Positions 48,201 to 61,289 of a DNA stretch of 64,000 nt are shown here, piece after piece (position 1 is the first letter of the stretch; the number at the start of each line of letters is the position of its first letter). This DNA comes from Marsupella aquatica (taxonomy: Eukaryota > Plantae > Marchantiophyta), in NCBI GenBank assembly GCA_973895155.1, contig OZ316891.1, forward strand, positions 9,611,875 to 9,675,874, in the 5' to 3' direction. The notes under the pieces were generated by a model. The model was not told the origin of the DNA. It ran no database searches and was given only the letters and a program-made list of their open reading frames with translations. A program made the position numbers and the translations under genes.

Positions 48201-51200
48201 TTGCACTGACGAAAGGAACTGAACCGATGCCATCAGTAGTCTCTTGAAGGGACTTGTCCTAAGTTATTTCGTCTGCGGGATGGCCGTCCACCTCGTTGTT
48301 GTGTTTCATGTTAAGCTCTAGAATATGGAGACAGTAAAGCTTCGCACTTCCCAATGCTAAGGAAGGTCACTTGTTAATTTGAGCAGCAAACAGTCATCTT
48401 TCACAGAATGTTCATTTCCTCCAGATAAGGTTTGTGCGGCATTATGCGCATTCAGAAGTCGTTTGTGCGTACTTTGAGCTTCTGTAGTGTCGGCTGTGCT
48501 TTTGACAGATTGCCGAGGACAGTGGATATGGCAGAAGCCTGTTTGAGAGACTTCAGACTTTAGGTCATCCCTGCCATATGTTAAATGTACAGTACCGAAT
48601 GCATCCTGCAATCAATAAGTTTCCGAACGAGCAATTTTACCATGGGGGTGTCAATGATGGGTCCAACGTTCTTTCGGAAAAATATAGGAAGTCCTACCAA
48701 GACTGGTTTGGGCCCTATGCTTTTATAGATGTCACAGATGGGATCGAGGAAAGAGAGGAGAAAGAGACCAGCTGGAGAAATCCAGTGGAAGCTGAAGTTG
48801 TGCAGTACCTCATTACCAAGATTCGAGGAGGTGATTGCTACAACTGCGTTCTGGATTAAATTGTTTTCATATACATAAAATGCTACTTGCGGTTCTCTAT
48901 TCTGCAAATGCTTATGTAATAGGGCGGTACGATTCCCTGCACGCAACCAAGACAGAATTCTTACGTAGAGATGTTCTACTTACTCACCGTCTCTTGTTTT
49001 TTCCCAGTTGCTGCAGAGATTTCTGAGAGTCTCGATGTGGGAGTAATCGCTCCATACAAAAGCCAGGTGGAGTTGATTAGGAAGCGCCAGTGCAGTAACA
49101 ATACGATTTTGCCCTGTGGTGCCTGTGTTCAAGTCGATGTGAAAACAGTGGATGGCTTCCAGGGAGGAGAAAAAGATGTTATTCTGTTTTCAGCTGTGCG
49201 GTCTAATGCGGGGGGCCATATTGGATTCGTCGGCAATGCCCGAAGATTGAATGTCGCATTGACGCGTGGAAGGTGTTTTGCTCTTATCTCGCACCATTTA
49301 GATATCCTTATTGTCAAACAATCCTCCAATTAAGATTCATTTGCGCTGAATTTGCTCGACTTTCTCAGCACTTTCTCAAAACTTCCTGCCCGATCTCCAT
49401 GCTCTCACATCGAGCTACAATTCTGTGGTAGTTCAGATTATATATCCATTAGAGGTCGAAGTACGCAATCCGTTTATTTCACTGAGACACAGGAATGAAA
49501 ATTTTCCTAGTGAAGGAAGTCGAGTTGTTGGGATACTTTTCCAATACCATATACACGTTCGCTAGCGTACGCTTGGTAATGTGGGACTTGCTGTGCTTGA
49601 CAGGTATTGTGTTTGGATCGTTGGTAATGCAAAAACCTTAGCTGCTCACGATGAAATGTGGAGGGCACTTATCGTGGATGCAAAGAATAGGAATTGCTAC
49701 CGGAATGCTGGGAATGACCAGGGCCTGAAGAAGGCAATTGTTCGAGTGAAGAAGGAACTTGAGCAGTTTGCGAGTCTGCTGCACCATGATTCAATTCTTT
49801 TCAAAGATACCATTTGGAAGGTTTGGCGACTTCCTATCCTGGTTAATACTTCAGTGGACGAGAAGATACATCAACCATGTTGAATTGAATCCAAGTACAT
49901 ACTCTACCGTGTTAATCGAAGAATGGGTGTCGATTTTTCTACTTCCCTGTATTGGAGTAATAGAGTTTCGTCCTTTGAGCGTCCAATCATGGTTTGTCCT
50001 ATTAGAGGCAGGAGGTGCGGATTTTGCCTAATTCACAGCCAACTATATTTAACTGTGTTTACATTGCAGATTGTATTCAGCAAGGAATTTAAGGACACTA
50101 TAACAAAGATAAAGTCAACACAGAATCGCCAGACGATCCTTAATACCATACTCAATCTTGCAAACGGGCGTCGATCACCCTACCCAACAAATTGCACTGT
50201 TGCGGCGGACCTATACAAGAAAATGATACATGTCCAGCCCACTGCTGGCTTGACTCTAGTTTGGTCAATCGATGTAGAGAAGTTTGATCCAGTAAAGCAG
50301 GTGATCAGAATCTGGAATGTCGTGGAGTCGCATTACGTCCCAGGGCTCATCAGGCGTTTGGAAGCTGGGTTCTCCACATTCACAGGGCCGTACATAGAAC
50401 GTTGCTCAACAGTGAATTTCTTAAACAGGTAATCTTCATGAATCAATCCGTGGTCTTCTTTCCATTCAATCGATTTCTGTTTCTCCTAACTCAGTTCTTA
50501 AATCAAATTGATCCCAAATCTTACAGCAGGACCCTGGTTTCTTAACAGGACAAGAAAAGCGGTTGTACCTGCAGTTTGGAAGCGTGATGAATCATTCAAA
50601 TGGCATGAAGCCTCAGTCGTTGCGAGGAAAGTAGCAGGAGCTGCTTCGCAAGAGAACGAATCAAGCCATCTGGAATCACGGTTGGAGAAGGCGACCGTGG
50701 ATGAAAGCATATTGCTCATGAAATTTTACTCTTTGACATCTGGAATAGCCAGACAGTTACTAACAGCAGGAAATGGGTCGAAGATGGAGTTGCTCTTTGA
50801 GGTTAACGAGGAAGAGGCAGCCATTATACAGTATCCTTTCAGCACATTCATCCTAGGGAGATCTGGAACTGGTAAAATCCCACTTCTGTTCAAATCTGAG
50901 GCATGTATACCCATTCGGTAAAGCTCTCTTTCAGAACCTCGGCATGTCTATGGCTGACAAATATTCTTAAATGATTTCAGGTAAAACTACAGTGATCACA
51001 ACAAGGCTTCTGAAAATGGAGCAGCAATACAGATTAGCTGTCAATGGCTTCGCTGATGAGGATGGTATGGATGCAAAAAGGGTGATCACTTCCCAGGCCA
51101 GTGGAACTGTGTCCCAATCTTCGGGGACAGACTATTTGAGACAGGTTATGGTTACCCTGAGCCCCAAATTGTGCGCGGCAATCAAGCATCACATTGCTAA

Positions 51201-54200
51201 AACTTCCAGGTGCAACATACTTTGCGCATCATCTCACCTATCCGTATGTGCTCTCCTGGTCCTGAAGTGGGTATAAAGATGCAATACGTCGTATGTGACA
51301 TTTGTATGACTGATGAGGGACAACACTCTTCGATAGCTATAGAAGTGTAGTGATTCTTGTGCTTCTTCCTGTTATGAATTGCCCTGTGAGTTTTCTGCCC
51401 ATTGTCGGACTTATTTCTCTGAAATGTCGATGCATCCCTGTGACCTTATGCAAACCATATATATGTCCACCGTTGTCCACATTTGGTTTACCAAATTGTG
51501 ACATTGTCGTGGTTGTGGAATCACAATTGTGGTTCCACAACCATTTAACTGGCCTCATTTAGTCATAAGTACGACCTGGCCTACCGGCGACGAGTTTAGC
51601 TTGCTTATTTATTTTATATGTTGTGCCAGAACCATGCTAGCTGAAGACTCAGCAACAATTACGGATCAAAATGATCAGGAAGAGGACATGATGCTTGACG
51701 AGGAAGAAGAAATAAAGTTGATGGGAGGGATTCCAGACACATTAGTCAATATATCTCCCACTTCTTTTCCTCTCGTCATAACTTTTCGCAAGTTCCTTGC
51801 AATGGTAGATGGGAGTGTATCTTGCCCTTTTTTTGAGCAAGAAGACAGTCAGTTTTGTAGCCCTCCTGGCAAAGCTAGGTTGGAAGATTCTGGAAGCGCT
51901 TTTTCAGATGCAGAAGAGGAACATGAGTCTGACGGCTTCAGCGAAATTGACCAAGAGGAAGGCAAAGAGGAGTTCAAATGTCATGATGAAGACGAAGACG
52001 AGGATTCTGATGATTTCTCATCGGACGAAGATCTAGCCGCCGAGGAGGGAGATCCAATGCCTGAAAAGTCTGGAAGGAAACAGTCGGAAAGCACTCGAAA
52101 GGTGAAAAAAAGAATGACAGAAGTGACATTTGAGCACTTCGTTTCCTTCTATTGGCCGCATTTTAATCAGGACCTTATTAAACAGTTTGATCCATCGGTA
52201 GTGTTCACCGAAATTATATCCTTTATTAAAGGCAGTTTGGAAACTTTGCGTACTGAGAACGGAAGATTGACGAGGGAGCAATATTTGTCATTGGTTGTGA
52301 AAAGAACTTCTACCTTTGATGAGCGACAAAGAACTTCCATCTACCGCATTTTCCAGTTGTATGAAAGGCACAAGGCAAGTAGGAGGGAATATGATATTGC
52401 AGACTATTGCAGTCATTTGTATGCACAGATGAGACTTGGAAATTATGTGGGTCTGAAGTTCCACTATGTCTACGTGGATGAAGTCCAAGATCTGACAATG
52501 GCGCAGATTGCACTCTTCAAGTACGTCTGCTCCAACATAGAAGAGGGCTACGTATTCGCTGGGGATACAGCTCAAACAATTGCTAGAGGGGTGAGTTTCA
52601 GATTCCAAGAGATTCGTCATTTGTTCTACACAGAGTTTCTCGAGAGAGGGGACAGCTCTCTCGAAAGGAGATACAGGACAGGCCAGAGAGCGCTCGAAGA
52701 CCACCAATTTGACAATCACGAAAAATCGTCTGATGAGACAAATTCTAAGCGTGTAAAGGGCACATCAGAGAAAAGTACCCCTCACATGCCCGAGCTTCAC
52801 CATTTGAGCCATAACTTTCGAACGCATGTGGGGATTGTGAATATAGCCAACAGTATTGTGCAGTTATTGTACAACTTCTTCCCGAATACAATTGATAAAT
52901 TAAATCCAGAGTCCAGCTTAATACAGGGCGAGACTCCTATCTTCCTTGAAAGAGAAGATAATCATGAGTTTGTGACAAGCCTGTTTGGACATGGTGGAGC
53001 TGCCGGCGGAGGGGGTTGTGATTTTGGTGCTGAGCAAGTCATTCTCGTACGAGACTTGGCGACAAAGCATTCTATCACGGAGAAGCTGGGTAAAAGAGGT
53101 CTTGTAATGAGCGTGCTTGAATGCAAGGGACTCGAATTTCAGGTATTAATCACTTGGATATATTTTGTCGTGAATAGCTGAAGTTCTAATCGAATTCTAG
53201 ATTTTACTTGCATGCTCTTGACCCAATGGAGTCCTCGAAGCATCATGCAGGCCTTGCTTTTGTTTTCATAAGTTAACATGTGCATTGGCAGGACGTTCTG
53301 CTGTACAACTTTTTTTCGGATTCTGCTTTCGGAAGGACTTGGAGGGTTATTTACGCATATATGGCTGAAAATTTATCGGAGGATCAGAACGGGAGGAGCA
53401 TGTCTTTCCCAAAATTTGACGTCCAGAAACACAACTTGCTGATGAGTGAATTGAAGCAGCTCTATGTCGTTGTAACCCGTGCCAGGCAAAGGCTTTGGAT
53501 ATATGACGAATGTCCAGAACACCACAAGCCAATGCTGGACTTTTGGAATCAATCTGGATTGATTAAAGTGAAGCGTCTGGATGAAGACCTCATCCAAACA
53601 ATCCATGGAAAAAGCACTCCAGAAGACTGGAAGAGGAGGGGAATACAGGTAGTTTTCCACACTTGACCATTCCAACCTTCTGATGCTGAGAAGTTGCGAA
53701 CACTGCTTTGTGGTAGCTACTTACAATGCCCATGGTGATCGTAACGAACAAACGTCTAAAGCGGTTTGACCTTATTATTTTCCTTCTTAAATTGCTGGTC
53801 ATATCTGGCATACATGTCAATTAGGCTACTACTCACATATGGATCTGATTCACAGCCAATCGAATGATTTGTGAGTGCACCTTCTTCCCTTTTTTAAGTT
53901 CTCCATTTGCACAGGCATTTAGAACACCCACAAATGTGACAGGCACTGGCTCCACCCTCGCCGCTTTCATCAATTCAGATGCCTTTTGTCATTAATAACA
54001 TTTCACACACCCTACAATCATGGCGGTCCAGGTAGCCGCATCCCTATCAGACATCTTGTTGAACACACTACGTGCATTCTCCGTGCCCCTACACTTAGGA
54101 TACATATCAATACGGCTGCTCCGTACATAGAGATCTGGGTTCAAAGCCAGTTTCGTTGGTCAGTCTATGGATCCTCCTGCCTTCCTCGAGGCCTTGTAAA

Positions 54201-57200
54201 CCACACGCCTTGAGCACCGGCACAAAGGTGAACTGTCTGGATTTCTCCCCTCTTGTTGCATCTGTTGAAAAAGCTCCCGGGGCTTCACGGCTGCCCATCT
54301 CTCACATATCAGGCCAACTATTTATTCCGGAATACAACCGGTACTTCTACAGTTCCTGGTGCCCTTGCAGCCAGCTACACTTTCACTCGTTAACGGTTTG
54401 AGTTGTCATGGACCCAAAGTGCTTCCCCTGCCTTCTTGTGTTTTAAGTTTGGATATCTCGCACTTGTCTACCCACCAGAAAGTCCGAAGCAAGCTCGGCG
54501 GTTGTTGAATTGTTATACGCTTTCTCCTTGGTGTTGATGGCAACCTCATGGTTCTGACTATACCGTTTTGAACATGCCTCATATTTAGTTGGTTCTTCCT
54601 TGTGCTGGTCCTGTTTCTGAACAGATGTTCAACGACCATCACTATGATATGGCACAACTTAGCTTTGAAAGAGCCGGTGATTTGTATCGTGCCAACTGGG
54701 CTCAAGCTGCTGGCTTGCAGCAAGCTGGAGAACGACTCTTGGGCTCTGACACAAAAGCCGGTGCCCAGTTGTTCAGAGAAGCAGCGACGTTGTACCTATC
54801 ACTAGGGAAAGGAGAGTCCGCGGGCAAATGTTATTTGAAAATTGGAGAGGATAAGAGGGCTGGTAATGTTACTAGATTATCTCTTGACTCTGCGGTCACC
54901 CACCATCGTATCTTTATCGGCTGATGGGAAATGTTGCCTTTTGTGAAGTCTGTGCAACTAGATATATTAGATCTAGTGTGATGCGTTGGCTTCTTTTCCC
55001 AACGACTGAACTTGGAATTTTGAATTGTTTATTTCATTGCATATTCTCTTTTTGTTGGAGCCTCCTGGGTCCTCCTTATATTTAAGAACACATTCCTGGA
55101 AATTTATTGGAAACTGTACAGCCGCCGATGACATTCAAAGCGTACACGGCTAAAATACAGGAAATGCCAATTTTGGAGCTGACCTTTTGTGCACTGTTCT
55201 CACTAAGCATCGCGACTGAATTATTGGGTTTATAGTTTTTGGATATGTTTGCCGAGAACTTACAGGGAATATTCAATTGTATCTGTGATAGGAATCGTCT
55301 TCCGAGACTCCTGCAAACCTCCTCTATTTAAGGACGCAGGAGATTGTTTCATGGATGCAAAATGCTGGAAGGAAGCAGCCGAGGCATATAGCAAATCTTT
55401 CTGTGTTCGCCAATGCCTTCTGGCTTGCTTGAAAGGGAAACTTCTGGATCTAGGCGTTGATTTTCTTGGTGATTGGGAGAAACAGCTGAACAGCAGAAAA
55501 CAGGAAGGGGGAGAGGATACCAGAACCATGCAACCTGTCGACTGTGACGAGCTTGAACCACTGAAGGTAGACTACTTGAAGAAATGCGCTCTACACTATC
55601 ATAAGCAGAGAAACGCCGAGTTGATGATGAAATTTGTCAGACGCTTCCCAAGCGTTACCTCCCAGAAGGTATTTTTGAAACGGAGGGATTATTTTGACCA
55701 GCTCATAGAGGTGGAGGAGGGGGAGGGAAACTTCCTCAGGGCTGCAGACATGGCAGAGCAGAAGGGTGACTTGAAGCATGCTGTCAGGCTACTGGTACGA
55801 GGTGGCTGCCATAAACAAGCTGTGGGGAAATTATTAGATCGTGCTAGGTTTGAAATGCTATGGAGTGGTGGGAAACTAGGATGGCCTCTGATAGCAACAG
55901 CTGAGAGTCAGGATCTCCTGCAAAGGGTCCGAGATATAATTAGCAGTGGTCCTATTGATATCCAAAGCGATATTATGAAAGAACTTCAGCTTCTGCTTGA
56001 TTCAAATAGTGGATTGCAACACTGGGAACAAGTGACAGCTTCGACCAACATTCGTATCCAACTGATTGCTGGTCGGCAAGCTATCGATGAACTCCACGTG
56101 CGGTCTACAGCAAAGAATACCAGCTTGTCTGCATTGGTTCCTGAATTCTTACGAATCTGGGATATGTGGAGTGAGAAGTTGATATCACTTATTCAGGCTA
56201 TCGACAGAGCACAGAGGCGAAGAGATACAGTGGAGGATGAAATTTTCCTGCATAGTTCAAACACATACTTAGGCGTAGAGAAGCACACACAACCTCATTT
56301 GTTTCTTGTAGCTGACGTGTCTGCATCATGGCTGAAGAATGGCCCAATAACTCGTCTGCCTAATCAGGGCCAGAGAGGGCAGGTGTCCTCATCACAATTG
56401 TTCTCCTTATCGGAGACCTTTTGGGCGACACAACTATGGCAGGTTGGTTTAGGAACAATGAAAGTGATCGAAGATGTGCTTTTCAACAGCAGTGATGCAA
56501 GCTTGACGATCACAGAAGCCGCAAGATTTTCTAATGAGTTTTTCCAACCAAGAGTGGACCTGCTACACAAACTGTATTCGATTGCGAAAACTTTGGCAGA
56601 CATCATGAGCAAGAATATCATCCAGGACGAGTATCTGGATCTTCGAAACAGGTTGCAAAGGTATGGAGATATTATATATGACGCCTCCTTCCCTTACTGC
56701 TGCAGTAACAAGAGCTGGGAAAGTGTCTTAACTTTCCGACAAGAGGTAGGGGCAACCTATGACAGCATTGCTACCAGTTTAGTGGAACAAAGCCTAGGAC
56801 AGATTTCTCAACCAGCCCTTCCTGAGATAAGCTTTGAGACTGTCGGAAGGCTACAAATGCTATTACCTTTGTTGAGTAGACAGTGGATCAGAAAGTACGG
56901 TCCTGAAATACAGAAGAGATTAGGACAATCCGACTGGTCGAACATGTGGGTGAAATCCCTCCGCATGTATAGCACTCCGTCCGAACACTCTTGGCAATCG
57001 CCTGAGAATGAATGTGCGAAATGGGTGGATACAACTGAAATTTTCTGCGGGTCCGTGCAGAATGTCTACAAGCGCAATAGGAATACGATCCGTCCCTTTA
57101 TGTTCATGCAATTACTAGAGAGAGGTATAGTTGTGGACTTGGCTTGCAACACTAACCTGCACAGTCTGGTCTTACCTCAAAGCTTGGTGATGGACCACAT

Positions 57201-59349
57201 GACTGGTGACATGAACTTAAAGCTCTATTCGGCTATTCTGAACGTGCCTTGCAAGTGCAAGGGGGACTGCTTCCGGTTCTCAACTATTCGATTCGTCTCA
57301 AGATTGATTCTGGACATGCTGAATTCTTCAAATTATCAGATCGAAAAGTGGTTTGATGAAACGGGAATTGATTGGAGGGAATCTCTCCCCAGTTTAATTT
57401 TGCGTATGTTGGTTTCGGTGTTGACGATCTGCATCAACCTGAAGCCCACCGGCAAGAGCTTTGACAGAGACATTTGGAACCAAGCGATCACGACTTTGAG
57501 GACGGTGTTCAGGAATCAGAGTCCTTTACTAAGAGGCCTACCAACAAAGTTTTATTCGGAGCTCAAAAGGACTTTTACCAGTCCTAACAACCTACAGGAC
57601 GACGATCTACGACTGACATTTAAGAGGGCAATGGCTGCAAGCAATGATCCCCTTCTTGTGTTGAAGCATGGTGGTTATAGAAAGAAGATAGCTAATTGGG
57701 CACACCGAAACAAAGTACGGTATATGATCGTCACCCGGATACGTGAGAAAAGAATAGTATTTGGAACTGATTTTGAGTATAACAAGCAACCGGCTTGCGT
57801 GGCAAAACCCACAATTGAGAGTGAAGGAGCTATCCCTGCTGATTTGCCAAAGCTTGAACCTGTAGAATTCCATTCTGGCAAACAAACGGATGAGAATATC
57901 AGTACACTTCTTAGTGCTGGTCCTGGTGTTGTAGTCAGTGATAACGTAGATGGACAAGAAGAGTTGGCAGATGAAGAAAATCAATCTCCAGATGTATGGG
58001 TTGGTGATGACTCCACTAATGATCCACGTGTCGATTCCCGAACAATCCCTCCAGGACATGTGAGTATTGGAGAAGGTCAGACACTGGCAATTTCCATTAA
58101 AGCTAGATTGCTGCAACTGTTGGAAGACGCCCGACAAAGATTAAAGGAAGAGTTGTCAGCCACTGAAAAGTACCGGCGTGATACTCGGACAACGTTCTGC
58201 AAACTCAATATTCAAAGTAAGGTGTACGTGGAGTTATTTCTTTCTGAGGCGTGCCCCCTGAAGGTACCCATTTTCTTGATCTATACCCGCATGTTTGGCG
58301 ATCGGATGGGTCTGGTATATCTTGCTTCGGTCTTTTCTCCCTTGTATGTTCGTTGTCTGTCCATGTGGAGGCAGTGGTGTATTCTGGCGCAGCGTTAGTC
58401 GTGAACATACAACAGCCCCAGGTTTCGGATACTATCAATGGTTGACAAGGATAAGAGAGTCTTCCGCGGTTCGTTACAAATGTCTGTTGATCAGTTTGAT
58501 TTGACCTGTCAGATGAGACAACTTACAAACATTTGTGTCTTGTGGTTGGAAACACAGGCCACAACAGATGAGTGGCTTCAGGAACTGGAAACTGCTGTCC
58601 AGGCTTTGAAGGATGACGATAATTTTGATGAAATTGCGGATTCTCAAGATGCTTTGCAAAAGTCGGTGGTCATCTTAGATCCAAGGTAAGCCAGGGTTTT
58701 CCGGTTGGAGGAGCTAAGTTTTACGGTGTCGGTTTTTTTTAATCCCCGTCTTAATTTATTAACGATTGATGTTTAAGGTTAGCTACAATAGAGACAGCAA
58801 AGCACAGCTTACACCCCAGATGTCTTTCGTAGAGGAAAACTGGAAAGACAGAAATATAACAGAAAATTAAGATTTCAATTGATAGCAGTTTCGGGGGTCC
58901 TATCTCGAGTGTCCATCAGATGAATTCCTTGTGGAGTTCCTCACCATTTCTGTGCACTTGTTTCCTTTGGTTGTGAACGACTGCATCGATTTGAAGAGTC
59001 TAGGAAATACGGTATCTCCTGTAAAGTTGGTACAGGAACGGTTTTAGCAGGAAATCTCTTCTGTTAACTCGTGGGAACATGTCGATACAGGACGGAGGAG
59101 CACTTAGCCCAGGATTCTAAATCTCTGGAGGAGAAGCTTGCAGAGGTGCGGGGTCTGTTGGAGGCAGGAAAAGCACGATTCCAACAACAAATTCGTATGC
59201 TGGGTATTGGTTGTAAAGATCCTCAACACGGTATCTTGAGGAATATAGTAGAAGGCGAAATCAGCACTCCTGCCGACAAAGAACCGGTAACTAAGTCGCA
59301 GAAGTCAAAGCACAAGCCGAAAAAGAAGAAAAGGAAGAATAAGAAATGA
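45213..59349 (+). CDS. Giant (~3,210 aa, 15 exons) TRANK1-like double helicase: ParB-like domain, Sen1/Upf1-like SF1B helicase, RelE/ParE-like domain, UvrD-like SF1A helicase, TPR-like repeats, helical C-terminus
   Basis: Phase-consistent GT-AG exons: 45213-45773, 45931-46581, 46900-48138, 48509-48830, 49008-49272, 49604-49820, 50070-50428, 50549-50871, 50981-51209, 51630-53142, 53292-53648, 54625-54862, 55292-58263, 58558-58685, 59091-59349 (sum 9633 nt, no internal stop). SF1B motifs: QGPPGTGKT, CAPTNRAV, DEAAQ, GDPQQL, SLFERL, QYRMHP, TVDGFQGGEKD, RLNVALTR. UvrD motifs: GRSGTGKTT, YVDEVQD, AGDTAQTI, NFRTH, KGLEFQDV, LYVVVTRAR. Confidence 0.9.
53800..54345 (-). pseudogene. Decayed PLS-class pentatricopeptide-repeat (PPR) gene fragment, antisense within intron 11 of the helicase gene
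   Basis: Frameshifted minus-strand pieces read LFQQMQQEGRNPD, FTFVPVLKACG..LEEGRRIH, IDMYPKCRGTENARSVFNKMSDRDAATWTAMI, TFVGVLNACANGELKKGKKVHSQI and GCESDPYVSSSLIDMYAR. These are typical P-L-S motifs. Confidence 0.85.
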
Positions 59350-59584
59350 AGCTTTTTCTCTGGAATGATAGGGTATATATTGCGCGCGTACTGAAGGATT
59401 TATGGCCAGCAGAATTGGCTTTCTGGTCAATCCTGATCGGCCATTTTGAAGATTTTGTATATAATACGCTTTTCAGAGGTTCATGGGACTGAAGAGGTTG
59501 TGGAAACATGAGCATCTGGACAGCAGCACGTATCATACGTGGAAATTTTGGAATGCCAGTAACGTTTTTACTGTAACGAACCAT

Positions 59585-59815
59585 GGTTTGTCTTCTTTGT
59601 TGACAACACCATGTCATGTGTACAGGGATAGATAGTATTCAGGGGAAATGAAGCGGTCATTAGGCACATTAGCCCTCATTTTGAACCAAATAAGTAGAGA
59701 GAGGGTCTGCTTTGTCAACATCACCATGTCAGATGTACAGTGAGATGATGTTGGACAAATCTTTTGTACATACAGCAGTTAGGAGGGACGTTTTGCCCCC
59801 ATTTTGAATAAAACA
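59585..59815 (+). repeat. Diverged ~120-bp tandem duplication downstream of the helicase stop codon
   Basis: Two copies of CTTTGT..ACA.CACCATGTCA..TGTACAG...CATTTTGAA. Confidence 0.6.
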
Positions 59816-60769
59816 ACTCGAGGGAGGGGAACCAATACCCGTTTGGTGTTGTACACAAGTGCGGGGATCTTTAAAAGGATTCTCAATTTCAGTGTTGAAA
59901 GCGTGATCGTAGTTTGATGGTCTCGGGATTGAAATCTGAATTCACATGTTCTGGACCAAGGTCCAAGCAGAAGAACGTCTGCACGGGTTGCCTAAGAAGG
60001 GTGGGGTTTCTAAGACGCCGATGCATCATGACAATGCTGGACAAGATTGGGAAGCCAATGAGACAGCCTCTGAAACATGATAGCGCAATATGGATTGAAA
60101 GGCACGAGAACTAGTTATTTGAGAAAACTGTGCAGTCTTGTGACATTTGGTTTAAGAAAACGTCCAGTTTTGAGAATATGTGTATTCTCAGCTCCTCCAT
60201 AAGCTCAGCTTCGAGTTCGGCAGATCTTTTACTGTCAGATGAAGAGTCTTTTCAACGCTGTGCTTCTGAAAGTGTGAACTCCAATTACAGGGGAAAGTAC
60301 CGTTTGCAATCAATGAGGAACGCAATAATAACGCCTAATAGGTTCATCTTGAAGGGATTATCAAAATCAGAATGTGACGGCGTGTACATTAACGCGAATG
60401 CTGCAGTCGCTAACCCGAAAGCAATATTTCTTCTAGAGTGGATAACGAAGTAGTCGTTCACTGCGGTGCTGTAAAAATAATTGTTACTTCACGGTTTAAG
60501 TTTGAATAAACTCCTCTTACGGGGAAAGTCCACAGGCAGACAGACGAGGGACCTTGAATAGAAAATTGGGGAATGCAAGAGGTCATTATCCAGTATCTGC
60601 CATGGTGCGTTCCCCCTAAAAATTACGTAATTGTGGAATCAAGTTTAGTTGGGTGGTTGATGCCAAATTGTTTGCACTGTGGATAGAGCTATTTGCCTTA
60701 AAAACATTGAAGTGACAAATCCCCCTCTCCCCGCAAAGCCCCTTCCCGTGGACGTGGTGAGGACCACAA

Positions 60770-60960
60770 TCATGTCTCCAAGAGTACGACTACAAGAATC
60801 TAGAGGCGATGATGTACGAGTTTGAGAGGGAAATGTCCCATCTTTGACTTGCCAACAGTGTACAAGTCTAAAAGGGGAGTGGGGATGTGATCCACATGAC
60901 TACAAGAATCTAGAGGCTACTGATGGACGAGTAAGACAGCGAAATGTCCCTATCTTTTGC
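60770..60960 (+). repeat. Diverged ~110-bp tandem duplication
   Basis: GACTACAAGAATCTAGAGGC...GAAATGTCCC.ATCTTT at ~60788 and ~60898. Confidence 0.7.
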
Positions 60961-61289
60961 TTTTGCAACAAATGAAGGTTACCTCTCCCGCCTACCTACC
61001 GAACACGATGGCCCATTTTATTAATTTTATTAATGCTTCTGCGTTAACGCCGAACCGTGATGGGGATTAGGTGCCACCCATAGTAAAGGAGAATAACATC
61101 CTTAACCAATCAGACGTCAACGTAAACTGCGGACAATGCAAAGAATCTGCTTAGACATTTAAAAACACTTTCTCTCAATTCCTAGTACTTCACACAACAA
61201 ATTGACAAGTAAGTCCTGTAGAGACAACACCGTGGACAAACTATATCCAGCATGTGCATTGAGATTGTACCAGTACATGGGGGATCGAA

